Part shown: in pieces, positions 19,466-29,228 of the stretch
Numbering within the stretch: the first letter of the stretch is position 1
Layout of the letters: each line of letters starts with the position of its first letter
From: a virus
Taxonomy: Duplodnaviria; Caudoviricetes
IMG/VR virus record: IMGVR_UViG_3300042465_006702
Span: 936-64,935 of that record
DNA length: 64,000 nt
Reading direction: 5' to 3' (one strand)
The notes under the pieces: model-generated
Database searches by the model: none
What the model was told of the DNA's origin: nothing
The model's input: the letters and a program-made list of their open reading frames with translations, nothing else
Position numbers and translations under genes: made by a program

Positions 19466-19785
19466 ACTGCAAAACTCTCACCACATCCGCAAGTTCGGCT
19501 AGCGTTGGGGTTTATAAACTGAAAACCCTTACCATTTAAACCATCTGAAAATTCTAATTCAGTACCGAATAGGTATAGTAACGATTTGTTATCTACTAAT
19601 ATTTTTACTCCTTTATCTTCCGCAAGTGTATCGTTTGGTTGTTGTTCTGTATCAAATGAAAGTTCATATGATAAACCACTACAACCACCACCCTTTACGG
19701 ATACTCTTAAATACGGAGTTTTGAAACCACTTTCTTCAATTAGTGATTGAACTTTTTTAGCTGCCGATTCTGTTACAGTAATCAT
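19462..19785 (-). CDS. iscA: A-type Fe-S carrier (IscA/ErpA)
   Basis: GGGCSG...NPNASRTCGCGESF. Confidence 0.93.
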   Translation of the reverse strand: MITVTESAAKKVQSLIEESGFKTPYLRVSVKGGGCSGLSYELSFDTEQQPNDTLAEDKGVKILVDNKSLLYLFGTELEFSDGLNGKGFQFINPNASRTCGCGESFAV

Positions 19786-20189
19786 ATGTGTTCTTCAAAA
19801 ATTAATTCTTCCAATCCTTGCTTTTTTCTATAATCGTTAATTGCCGATTTGATTGCATCTTCAGCCAATACTGAACAATGTATCTTTACAGGTGGTAAAT
19901 TCAATTCCTCTACCAAATCCATATTATCAATTGTTACTGCTTCATCTAAACTTTTTCCTTTCAACCATTCGGTTGCCAAAGAACTAGCTGCGATTGCCGA
20001 ACCACACCCAAATGTTTTGAATTTTGCATCGGTTATTAACCCATCATTTACTTCAATTTGCAATCTCATTACATCACCACATTCCGGAGCACCTACTAAA
20101 CCTGTTCCTACATTTGGTTTAGATTTGTCCAAAGTTCCTACATTTTTAGGATTTGAATAGTGGTCTAAAACTTTTTCACTATATGCCAT
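19782..20189 (-). CDS. iscU: Fe-S scaffold protein
   Basis: GAPECGDVM, FGCGSAIA, LPPVKIHCSVLAEDAI. Confidence 0.96.
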   Translation of the reverse strand: MAYSEKVLDHYSNPKNVGTLDKSKPNVGTGLVGAPECGDVMRLQIEVNDGLITDAKFKTFGCGSAIAASSLATEWLKGKSLDEAVTIDNMDLVEELNLPPVKIHCSVLAEDAIKSAINDYRKKQGLEELIFEEHI

Positions 20190-20208
20190 ATTATCTTATT
20201 TACTTTTA

Positions 20209-20240
20209 TAAATATACGGAAAATTATCCAATTTGCCAAG
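20209..20240 (-). promoter_or_regulatory. Bacteroidota sigma70-type promoter, overlapping a TATTTATA motif
   Basis: CTTG-N20-TATATTTA. Confidence 0.55.
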
Positions 20241-21258
20241 TTCTCATTCCCAATTTATTCCAAGTAAATGGTTGATTATATCCCATTTCTAATTTATCTA
20301 ATGCTTTAATCACATCATATTTTGTATTATTCGGGCAGTAGAAAAACATAAATCCACCACCACCGGCACCACTTATCTTACCGCCGGTTGCACCTGCTTC
20401 TAATGCAGTTTTGTATAACAATTCTATTTCAGGTGTGCTAATTCCTTTTGCTAACATTTTCTTTTGCTGAAACCCATAATCTAATATCTCACCCAAGTCA
20501 TCAATGTTTCCTTTGATTAAACAATCTTTTATTAATTTTGCTTGCTCTACCAAAGCGTGAAGTGATAAAGTGGATGTTTTATTTTTATCTTTCATTTTTG
20601 TAACCTGTTCTTGTAATACATCGGAACTATTACGAGTAAAATTTGTAAAATAAAGAACTACATTATTTTCCAATTCATCTTGCACACTATCTCTAACACG
20701 AAGTGGATTTACAACAACATCATCTCCTTTGAATTCCATATAATTCCAACCACCAAATGCAGCTGCATATTGGTCTTGCTTACCACCATTTTCTGCTAAT
20801 TCAATTCTTTCAATTTGAATTGCCATTTCAGCTATATCATATTCACCCAATGGTAGATTAAATAATTCTGTATATACACCAATTAAAGAAACAATTAGTG
20901 TTGATGATGTTCCCAATCCACTACCCGTTGGAACATCCTGCCAAGTTACGATATCATATCCAAATGGTTCTAATTTAAAACGTTTAGATATGTGATTATG
21001 AGTTGCTTTAAACAACTTTAATCCATATGAACAATCTAACTCATTGGTGAATTCATGCTCCTCATATTCATCCTTATTTACCCATTTAAACGTAACTTTG
21101 GTATCATCTCTTAATACTAAAGAAGTGTGAGTGAATAAACGGATGGTAGTATTAATTACTGCGCCTGTGTGGTGTTTACAATAATCAGGCATATCAGTAC
21201 CACCGCCACCGAAACTAATTCTGAATGGAACTTTGCTCCTGTAAATTCTTTTCTTCAT
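20224..21258 (-). CDS. hddA: D-glycero-D-manno-heptose-7-phosphate kinase (GHMP family)
   Basis: PFRISFGGGGTD, PTGSGLGTSS, GGKQDQYAAAFGG, GGKISGAGGGG. Confidence 0.88.
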   Translation of the reverse strand: MKKRIYRSKVPFRISFGGGGTDMPDYCKHHTGAVINTTIRLFTHTSLVLRDDTKVTFKWVNKDEYEEHEFTNELDCSYGLKLFKATHNHISKRFKLEPFGYDIVTWQDVPTGSGLGTSSTLIVSLIGVYTELFNLPLGEYDIAEMAIQIERIELAENGGKQDQYAAAFGGWNYMEFKGDDVVVNPLRVRDSVQDELENNVVLYFTNFTRNSSDVLQEQVTKMKDKNKTSTLSLHALVEQAKLIKDCLIKGNIDDLGEILDYGFQQKKMLAKGISTPEIELLYKTALEAGATGGKISGAGGGGFMFFYCPNNTKYDVIKALDKLEMGYNQPFTWNKLGMRTWQIG

Positions 21259-21808
21259 CTTCGGTTATTTGTCCGCCATTCTCTGCATACCAATTTTTTA
21301 CGTTTCTATCTCCTACTAAAAGGAAAAAACAATTGTAACAAAGAGGACGGATGTTATCTAATTTTCTATTATTCAAATTACCATCAAGGAAATCTATAAG
21401 TAATGGCATTTTACCATCCGTGATTCTGGCCTCACTAAATCCACAACTACCACACACTTTTGGTACATATCCACTATCAAACAATTTATTTTTAAATTTA
21501 TGAAGTGGATAATGAACATGCTTACCATCGATTAAATCTTCGATGTGGTATTTTTTATTCTTAATACCTTTTGCTTTCTCAATACCAATGCCATACGGAT
21601 TTTTTAAATCTTCAAAAATACCATATAGTTTTGCGTACTTTTTGTAGGTGTTATAAGATACACCCAACAATCTAGCTGCCTCAAAAGCTGATCTTGATTT
21701 TTCTTGTGCTGCTTTTATTTGTGATTCAAGAAGAGGTCTTGCCCCCACTCCACGTTTTCCCTTTGGTTTATCTTCCAAATTAGGGAAAAAATTATCATTC
21801 TGTTCCAT
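21215..21808 (-). CDS. HTH plus degenerate HNH-like Zn-binding protein
   Basis: SAFEAARLLGVSYNTYKKY; CGSC..LLIDFLDGN..N..NIRPLCYNCF, with the HNH His positions replaced by Phe. Confidence 0.65.
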   Translation of the reverse strand: MEQNDNFFPNLEDKPKGKRGVGARPLLESQIKAAQEKSRSAFEAARLLGVSYNTYKKYAKLYGIFEDLKNPYGIGIEKAKGIKNKKYHIEDLIDGKHVHYPLHKFKNKLFDSGYVPKVCGSCGFSEARITDGKMPLLIDFLDGNLNNRKLDNIRPLCYNCFFLLVGDRNVKNWYAENGGQITEDEEKNLQEQSSIQN

Positions 21809-21846
21809 ACTAATAACATTTAACTATACTAATAAGTATATCAAAT

Positions 21847-22743
21847 CTATAAATTAATATGATTTATTATTTGTTCTGCTATTTTTTTTGAACCCAATAT
21901 TGAATTATGCCCATCTAAACTCAAATTATTTGTATGATTTTTAAATGTTATTTTTTCCTCTCGTATCCAATGAACCAAATCATAACAATAATAATTTTCT
22001 ACTGGATGATATTTCTCATTATTTTTACTGATATAAAATTTAACGGAGTTACTATTTACTTTTGTTTGTATTTCTACACATTTTTCATAAGAAAGATACT
22101 TTTCATTACTTTTTGTAACGGCATGTAATCTATTATCCGTTTGAATAAAAATGCATTTTGAATTATATAAATCAAATAAAGATAACAAAATAAACAAATT
22201 TTTTAAATCTTTTTTGGATTCGTTTTCTAAATCAAAATTATTTTCAAAAAACTTTCTAGTTTGTTTAAAACTTTGTTCAGTTAAAAAATCAAAGTTATCT
22301 TCTCCGGATGTAAAATTTCCATATCTATTTTGCTCACAAAAATAAAGTTCCCCCCTTCCAACAGGTGGAATTTCTATTAAGAACAAAGTTTCTTTTAATT
22401 CGTTTTTATCTGAATTTATAATGTAATTTATAGTTTTCCTGATTACCCTATCTAACGAGCTTCCGAATATTGATTCGTTTATTAAGTCTACTTTATAATT
22501 TTCTGCAATAACATTTGCATAATTATATTTTTTTCTTACCCAATCAAAATCATTAAATGGTTTGAATGCATTTGGATTTGTATATTCGTTGTTTTCATTT
22601 TGTATTGAATGTTTTTTACATTCATCTTTGAATTTTGAAATATCTATTTTATTCGTTTCATCAAAAAACTCAAAATACCAGGGATTATTATGATGATGTC
22701 CCCACATAAAACTGCAACCATTTGAATAAATTCTTTTAAACAT
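21847..22743 (-). CDS. SGNH/GDSL-fold protein
   Basis: YSNGCSFMWG, NESIFGSS, DGHNSILGSKKIAEQI. Confidence 0.7.
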   Translation of the reverse strand: MFKRIYSNGCSFMWGHHHNNPWYFEFFDETNKIDISKFKDECKKHSIQNENNEYTNPNAFKPFNDFDWVRKKYNYANVIAENYKVDLINESIFGSSLDRVIRKTINYIINSDKNELKETLFLIEIPPVGRGELYFCEQNRYGNFTSGEDNFDFLTEQSFKQTRKFFENNFDLENESKKDLKNLFILLSLFDLYNSKCIFIQTDNRLHAVTKSNEKYLSYEKCVEIQTKVNSNSVKFYISKNNEKYHPVENYYCYDLVHWIREEKITFKNHTNNLSLDGHNSILGSKKIAEQIINHINL

Positions 22744-23189
22744 TAAGAAATTAATTTTATTAACTTACTAAATGTTTCATCTACACTATTTGATGTATCT
22801 AAATCCACAAAAAACTGAATTGGTGGTTCGTAATCTAATGCAAATTTATCCTCTCTACCTCTCATTTTTTTAGTATGACAATATATTTCAGTTACTTTAC
22901 AATCGGATTTAAATTGCTCTCTTAAATCTCTATAAGGCGAAACTAAACTTATTACTACATCGGTATCACAACTATCCAAATATTTTGCAATATCAAATGC
23001 TTTATTGATGTTTTTGTATCTACCCTCTTTTGAATAATCTGTGTTTGGGAATAATTCTCTCAATTGGTCACCGTCTATATGAAATACGGATTTACGCCAG
23101 TTCTTTTTTTCTGTCTGTAACCACCATTGTAACTTCTTTGCCAACGTAGTTTTTCCACTACCTGGTTGACCTGTAAATAGGTAAATCAT
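22743..23189 (-). CDS. cysC: adenylyl-sulfate (APS) kinase, compact
   Basis: GQPGSGKTT, IDGDQLR, SLVSPYR, YEPP. Confidence 0.8.
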   Translation of the reverse strand: MIYLFTGQPGSGKTTLAKKLQWWLQTEKKNWRKSVFHIDGDQLRELFPNTDYSKEGRYKNINKAFDIAKYLDSCDTDVVISLVSPYRDLREQFKSDCKVTEIYCHTKKMRGREDKFALDYEPPIQFFVDLDTSNSVDETFSKLIKLIS

Positions 23190-23192
23190 AAC

Positions 23193-24038
23193 TTATTTTC
23201 TTTTTAATGCGAATTCTGCTGCTTTATATGCTTTTGTGTTTTTATCGTATTTTAATGCTGAACTGATTTTAATCATCTTATTTGTATCTGGATTTTTTAC
23301 TTTTTTATCCAAATCTTTTGGCAAAAGGTTTTTTAATTTCATGTCATTACCCTTTGGTTGTTCTTTTTTAGTTGGCATTTGGTTATCTTCTTTTGATTTT
23401 TTAAATGTGTTTTTTGGAAGGGCCGGGGTTTCGTGCTTTACATGTTGAACCTTCATTTTTATATTTGGATATTTTTCTTTTAATTTTCCTACTGCTGATA
23501 TGTTTTTATGTGAATCGTCAATGAAGAAAACATCATCATATCCCTTTTTAATTTTATCTTCAATCCAATCTGCTTTCTTTTGTGGGTCGGAATCACCCAA
23601 TGCTACAACATATATACCTTCCAATCCAATATCTTTTAAATAATCTTTTACAGGTTTATATGCACTTCTTGCTGTGAGGATTACTACCTTTCTTTCACCT
23701 TCTGATTTAGCAACGGTTTTCAATAATTTTGTTATACCTTTGATTTCTTGCGGTTGCTTTACTTTTTCAAAATCAGAAAAATCAAATTGGTCATCGGATT
23801 TTGGTTCATAAACTGCGTATTCTCCGGGCGTTAGTTTTGATTCCTTACCATTACCATGTTTTACATATATGTGAGATTTTGTTTTTACGATGGTATCATC
23901 AAAATCAAAGACCCTTAATTTTTTTCCTTCTGCTTCATTTATAGGTTTAAACGCACTTGCAAATGGATTGGAATAAATTTTTCCAAATTCAACTTTCATT
24001 CCGTTCCACAACCCATTTATAAATGAATTCTTAACCAT
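23193..24038 (-). CDS. HAD-family phosphatase (PNK/RNA-repair-like) with basic C-terminal module
   Basis: FDFDDT, ILTAR, K, FIDDS..N. Confidence 0.7.
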   Translation of the reverse strand: MVKNSFINGLWNGMKVEFGKIYSNPFASAFKPINEAEGKKLRVFDFDDTIVKTKSHIYVKHGNGKESKLTPGEYAVYEPKSDDQFDFSDFEKVKQPQEIKGITKLLKTVAKSEGERKVVILTARSAYKPVKDYLKDIGLEGIYVVALGDSDPQKKADWIEDKIKKGYDDVFFIDDSHKNISAVGKLKEKYPNIKMKVQHVKHETPALPKNTFKKSKEDNQMPTKKEQPKGNDMKLKNLLPKDLDKKVKNPDTNKMIKISSALKYDKNTKAYKAAEFALKRK

Positions 24039-24345
24039 TTAATACTTGCTTTTTTGTTTTGGTTTTTTTAGCAAGTTCATCATTTTCTTTTGTGAGATAC
24101 TCAACTTTAACAGTCAAAGCTGCCACTTGCTTTGTTAAATCTAAAATCATATTTCTCATCTCATCCTTTTCTTTAGATGATTGAGCCAACAATGCTTCTA
24201 ACTTTGCGATACGGTCTTTGCAATCATGTCTAATAAATTCATCATCACGTTCTTTACGATTTGCTCTCTTTTCATAAAAACGAAATGCCGTTGTTCCTCC
24301 CAATACTGTGATTGCTGTAATTAATACTGAATATATATTTTCCAT
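24031..24345 (-). CDS. TM plus coiled-coil protein
   Basis: N-terminal hydrophobic helix, then heptad-rich region. Confidence 0.6.
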   Translation of the reverse strand: MENIYSVLITAITVLGGTTAFRFYEKRANRKERDDEFIRHDCKDRIAKLEALLAQSSKEKDEMRNMILDLTKQVAALTVKVEYLTKENDELAKKTKTKKQVLNG

Positions 24346-24728
24346 TATTCTTCTCCCTTATCACCTAACTCATGATAGCCGGTGTTAGCTTGGTTAATAA
24401 ATTGCATTGCTTGTGAAATATGGTCGGTAATCCAACCTGGAAGGTTTTTCTCTTGCGTTCCGATTTTACCCTTTAATTCTGTTGCATTTTTCATTATATC
24501 TTCTAACTGACCCATTGCCATACCAACTTCATGGTCACCCCCTGAATCCGCTTCTTGTACTTTATGTTTTAACAATTCTGTCATTTTGTTAAATACTTGC
24601 TCACCACCATCTTCGCCTAATCGGTATGCACCACCCATTTTTTCATATACCTTAATCTTATTTTTCATAGGTATATTTCTTTCTGCAAGTTTTTTCCAAA
24701 TTTTTGGATGAGTTACTTCAAATTTCAT
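24345..24728 (-). CDS. hypothetical protein, possibly virion-internal
   Basis: DHEVGMAMGQL..LPGWITDHIS; preceded by TATTTATA. Confidence 0.55.
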   Translation of the reverse strand: MKFEVTHPKIWKKLAERNIPMKNKIKVYEKMGGAYRLGEDGGEQVFNKMTELLKHKVQEADSGGDHEVGMAMGQLEDIMKNATELKGKIGTQEKNLPGWITDHISQAMQFINQANTGYHELGDKGEE

Positions 24729-24730
24729 GC

Positions 24731-25375
24731 TTATAATTTTTGTATATACCTATATAAATATTCAAAAAATTCTTTATGCCCCAATTTTCCGAAATGTCTA
24801 TCATTATTTGTTTGCCACCATTTTGAATTTGAGTTACAATAATCAATCCAACAAGGTTTTGTATATGGTTTTATGTAATTATTTGTATTATTTTTTACCA
24901 AATTATCAAATAAGGATAAACCACATTTGTCCATATTCCAAAATAAAAATTTAATACCTTTACTTTTTAAAGAGTCTATTATAAATTTATATTGTAATAA
25001 TGCGGTATGTGTGTATTGTAGCATTGCATTTTCATCTACAAATTTATTTTTATAAAACAAAACTTCATAATCATCATATCCATCTGTATTTTGATTTCTC
25101 AAATCAATACCTCTATCTTTATAAAAATCATAAATTCTATCATAAAAGGTAAATCCAATAATTACTAAATCAGAATAATCAATTTTTTTTATCTCTAAAT
25201 TTTTGTAAATTGTATTTAAGATGCCGTAATTAGATATACCCGGTGATGCATAATTTTTTAATTCATATCCTAATTCTTTTGAAAGCAAATTGGGCCAACT
25301 TTCTTCAATTTGTATTTCACCAATTGTAGAAAAGTTTGTAGAAAATGAATCACCAAAAATATATAAATTTTTCAT
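24731..25375 (-). CDS. SGNH/GDSL-fold protein
   Basis: YIFGDSFS, SWP, NYASPGISN, DRHFGKLGH. Confidence 0.72.
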   Translation of the reverse strand: MKNLYIFGDSFSTNFSTIGEIQIEESWPNLLSKELGYELKNYASPGISNYGILNTIYKNLEIKKIDYSDLVIIGFTFYDRIYDFYKDRGIDLRNQNTDGYDDYEVLFYKNKFVDENAMLQYTHTALLQYKFIIDSLKSKGIKFLFWNMDKCGLSLFDNLVKNNTNNYIKPYTKPCWIDYCNSNSKWWQTNNDRHFGKLGHKEFFEYLYRYIQKL

Positions 25376-25383
25376 TAGAGTAT

Positions 25384-26106
25384 TTATCTTTTTCTTTTTT
25401 CTTTAGATGTTGCAAATGCTAATATAGTAAACCTATTATGCTCTCCAATTACCTTTTCCACTGCATGTGCTGTATCGAACTCTTCCAAATCTATTATGGC
25501 AACTGTTCCAAATTTTGGAATAACTTTGTATATTGTTTTTTTATTTTTATCGTTTGAATCTTTTGTGTTTCTCAATACTAAATTACCACCCCAATTCTCA
25601 TCCCACTTTTCATTTAGGTAAATTAATATAGCACACGTATTTTGGTATTCATCGCCTTGTCCATCGTTATGGTCTTTTAAAAAACACCCTTCATTATAAA
25701 GTGTCCATTGTATTGCCATATTTACATCTTGTGTGGATTTTCCATAAAAATATTTTAAAATTTCATAAAAAACATTTTCCAATTCTTTTCTATAATTTTC
25801 ATTTCCAAAAAATGCATCCCTTAATAACCATATTTGTGCTATACCTTCTTCATCATATTTTTGTATACACTCTATCTTTTTATCATTACATAATTCGTAT
25901 GTTTCAAATCCATCCGATATTTGGATTCTTTTAGATGGATTGTGATAATCAAATCTTAATCTTTTAAAATCTTTTATATAATCGGTATCTCCTAATTTAT
26001 ACTTTATTTTTTCTAAAATGGAAACAAAACTTTCATTAAATTCTGATAATGAAAATTCACAGTATCCATTTTTTTGCAAAAATTCTTTTTTATTTACTAA
26101 ATCCAT
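25384..26106 (-). CDS. 2OG-Fe(II) dioxygenase (prolyl-hydroxylase-like)
   Basis: HND, LIYLNEKW..WGGNL, H.VEKV, RF. Confidence 0.85.
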   Translation of the reverse strand: MDLVNKKEFLQKNGYCEFSLSEFNESFVSILEKIKYKLGDTDYIKDFKRLRFDYHNPSKRIQISDGFETYELCNDKKIECIQKYDEEGIAQIWLLRDAFFGNENYRKELENVFYEILKYFYGKSTQDVNMAIQWTLYNEGCFLKDHNDGQGDEYQNTCAILIYLNEKWDENWGGNLVLRNTKDSNDKNKKTIYKVIPKFGTVAIIDLEEFDTAHAVEKVIGEHNRFTILAFATSKEKRKR

Positions 26107-26989
26107 TTTCTATAAATTTATTAATTTCACTATCCCAATTATCCCAAGCTACTTTTTTAAATTCTTCTTTTCTATCTTTTGTAGATAAATATTTTTTAAT
26201 TGATTGATTTGGTCTATTTTTATGGTTTTCTCCAATAATAAAGTTTTCCATTACAAATTGCCTAACTGGTTTTTCATTTTTTGCTAACAAACTCGAACAT
26301 GCCATAACAAATGTATCTTCTAATCCGTAATGACCAAATGATTCCGGAATTCCAATTTTATCTAATAGTGCTTTTGTAATAAGAGTAAACCAACCGCCTG
26401 CAAATTTAAATTGTGTTATTTCTCTAATTTTAACATCTGTCAATTGTGGTAATCCATCTCTGTAAATATCCGAAGTTAAATGATAATTTATTGGGGAATT
26501 TAAAAATGCATTATTTGTAAGAACATCCCAAGTACTATCCCATTGTTTTACAAATTGCGGAGTAATAACAAACATATCCATTCCTGCATTTTTTACCATC
26601 TTATATGCAGATGCCATATAATATAATGTAGTATCTTTAAAAACCATATCAGTATCTAACCAAATAAAGAAGTCTGCATCTGAATTATTTTTTAAAGTAT
26701 ATCTTCTTTGAGAAACACATCCTAATATTTCATTTGTATTATGTATAATTTCCCATTTACACCAATCTAAATATTTTTCACACAATTCTATTGAACGGTC
26801 TTTGATATATTCTTTTGGTAATCTACTATTTTCCCAATCCGTTAATTCATCGGATAAACACATTGTTATATCTACCTTATATTCTACGGAGTTATCAATA
26901 AATGCCGAATTTCTTTTCAATCTTTCCAATGTTAATGCCAAATCTTCTAATTCTTGTGGCATTGTAAATATACTAATTATACCTTTCAT
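26090..26989 (-). CDS. glycosyltransferase (GT-A fold)
   Basis: IWLDTD, GGWFTLI, YGLEDTF. Confidence 0.7.
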   Translation of the reverse strand: MKGIISIFTMPQELEDLALTLERLKRNSAFIDNSVEYKVDITMCLSDELTDWENSRLPKEYIKDRSIELCEKYLDWCKWEIIHNTNEILGCVSQRRYTLKNNSDADFFIWLDTDMVFKDTTLYYMASAYKMVKNAGMDMFVITPQFVKQWDSTWDVLTNNAFLNSPINYHLTSDIYRDGLPQLTDVKIREITQFKFAGGWFTLITKALLDKIGIPESFGHYGLEDTFVMACSSLLAKNEKPVRQFVMENFIIGENHKNRPNQSIKKYLSTKDRKEEFKKVAWDNWDSEINKFIENGFSK

Positions 26990-27767
26990 AAATTTGTTTT
27001 TTAATTTGTGGGTCTCTATCGTATTGATGAACTATTGTAAACTCATCACCTTTTTGATTGTATAATTTTCCATCTTTATAAATGGGAGTTGGTTCGGTCA
27101 ATGGAAACTTATCTTTATTTACCCAAACTGTTCCTAATTGTGTTGCAAATCCTCTTTCTTGGTCTACAAAATCTACACTATGTTTATAATGGTCTAATCT
27201 TAATAAAACATTAAATGCAGCTTGGTCGGATAGTTGTTCTGGATTTGCAGTTGTTTTACTCCATCTATAAATGTCAATGAATAGGTCTTTCATTGCTTCT
27301 CTTTTACCAACGATTGTTCCTGCACAATAACTGATTTGGTCTTTTATTCCGTATTCCCATTCCATTGGAAATGTTGTTCCACTATTTATACATGCCCATG
27401 GGTCATCTTTTAATCTAACACATTCACTAAATGCAAGTATATCCCTTCTCATCCACATATCCAACCACTTTGTTGGGTCTTTTTGAAATATCACATCTTT
27501 TACATCAGTCCAAATTATTACATCGGTTTTTGATGATTGTAAAAGTGCATACATATCTCTAAATCTCTGAAGTATAATATGTTCTTGTAACTCGGACTGA
27601 ACTATTAACCAATTATTTTTATGTAGATAATTTACAACATCATCTGAAACATCATAAACCAACATTAACTTTTCACCATTGAATCCACTTTGTTTAATTG
27701 ATTCAACATATGGTTTAATGTCTTGTACACTATATTTGGTTATACATCCTACTATTGTATATTTCAT
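26973..27767 (-). CDS. putative glycosyltransferase
   Basis: RF, TDVKDVIFQKDP, CAGTI, DQAAFN, IVHQYDR. Confidence 0.7.
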   Translation of the reverse strand: MKYTIVGCITKYSVQDIKPYVESIKQSGFNGEKLMLVYDVSDDVVNYLHKNNWLIVQSELQEHIILQRFRDMYALLQSSKTDVIIWTDVKDVIFQKDPTKWLDMWMRRDILAFSECVRLKDDPWACINSGTTFPMEWEYGIKDQISYCAGTIVGKREAMKDLFIDIYRWSKTTANPEQLSDQAAFNVLLRLDHYKHSVDFVDQERGFATQLGTVWVNKDKFPLTEPTPIYKDGKLYNQKGDEFTIVHQYDRDPQIKKQIYERYN

Positions 27768-28558
27768 TATAACTTTTTTATTATTTCAATATCCTTTACA
27801 TAATCTGCAATCTCATAATCTTTCCAATCGGTATAGTTTGGATATAAGTCAGGTCGTTCGTGATACCAAGTTTGAACCATTTGTGGGTTTTGAAGTACCT
27901 CATAACCACCTGCCATAATCACCAATTGTGCCAAGCAATCCGACCAACCTATAAGTTTATTTTGTTTTGCAATCATATCATAATTTAGTTCTAATACAGG
28001 TCTAAATTTTTCCCAACTGATAATCCATTTTTTACAATCAATTATAAATCCACCACCAGCACCATATCCCTTATTACCGAATAAGTTTGTGGGTATGTTT
28101 GTATTTCCACCAATTTGTTTAATAACATCCAATAGAACTTCCGGTATCACATTTGTATTATATTCAAATCCTGCAATACCAAATTCACTACCTTTTATGA
28201 TACTGATTGGTTTAAGAATAAAACTATCCTCTTCCAATATTATCATAAATTTAGAATCGGATTTTTTACATGCCCAATATATGTTGTCACACCAAAGCAA
28301 TGCGTTATCCATTGGCCAACATTCTCTACCAACATTGTGTTGTTGGTGATTTCCTGGATATCCTATTTGAAATGGATTCTTTGAACATTCGGCATCATAC
28401 TTTTCAGCAACTTTTTTATAGTTTTCAAAATCACCATTATCATCTACTTTAATATAAATGTCTCCGTCAGGATAGAACTCTCTAAACTTACGAAATGAAT
28501 GCTCTGCTGCTTCCCAATTCTTATAACCCCACAAATATGCATTTAACCATTTAGTCAT
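27767..28558 (-). CDS. putative glycosyltransferase
   Basis: FRKFREFYP..DDNG, ILEED, GAGGG. Confidence 0.55.
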   Translation of the reverse strand: MTKWLNAYLWGYKNWEAAEHSFRKFREFYPDGDIYIKVDDNGDFENYKKVAEKYDAECSKNPFQIGYPGNHQQHNVGRECWPMDNALLWCDNIYWACKKSDSKFMIILEEDSFILKPISIIKGSEFGIAGFEYNTNVIPEVLLDVIKQIGGNTNIPTNLFGNKGYGAGGGFIIDCKKWIISWEKFRPVLELNYDMIAKQNKLIGWSDCLAQLVIMAGGYEVLQNPQMVQTWYHERPDLYPNYTDWKDYEIADYVKDIEIIKKL

Positions 28559-29228
28559 GTCTTGTTAATTTATATAAATCATTACTGATTGTGTTTTTGT
28601 AATCATCATCCAACCATTGAACTCCCATTTCACCAACTTGATTAACCATTGGTAAATACAAATTATGCATTGCTACTCTTACATTATGTGGAGGTTCGTG
28701 CTCCATTTCCATTATTGCTTCAATTAAAGATTCTGTCATAGAATGTGGAAATACTATAAATGTATCATTAACTATCGGTAAATTTGTAAATTCTGGTTCT
28801 CTCCAAAGAAAATTACATTTATCAAAATCATATTCATATTCTTTAAATGGATTTTTGAAAAAATTAATATCAAACCTAGTTGATATTACCAAATCTAAAT
28901 CTTCCTTTAATAATTCAACTAAACTATTACAATAGGTAGCTGACATTAATTTAACACCATTGGGTAATAAATCGCCACCACCTGATTGATTGAAATTTGT
29001 TTCAGCTGGAACAAATGTAAATTTTTTTACTGGTAAATATGTTTGTAATATTTCATTCTTTTTATCACTATCATAACTGAATAAATAAAAATATACTTCG
29101 TGCCCTTCTTCTTTTAATGGATTAACTATGTTTTTCATAAATCCATCAATAGCATCTTTGTAGTTTCTATATCTACCGATTGTTCCATCATTATATGAAA
29201 CACCTACTAAATTGATTCCTATTTTCAT
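28551..29228 (-). CDS. putative glycan-biosynthesis protein
   Basis: DLVISTRFD..NDTF motif; lies in the glycosylation island. Confidence 0.5.
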   Translation of the reverse strand: MKIGINLVGVSYNDGTIGRYRNYKDAIDGFMKNIVNPLKEEGHEVYFYLFSYDSDKKNEILQTYLPVKKFTFVPAETNFNQSGGGDLLPNGVKLMSATYCNSLVELLKEDLDLVISTRFDINFFKNPFKEYEYDFDKCNFLWREPEFTNLPIVNDTFIVFPHSMTESLIEAIMEMEHEPPHNVRVAMHNLYLPMVNQVGEMGVQWLDDDYKNTISNDLYKLTRHD

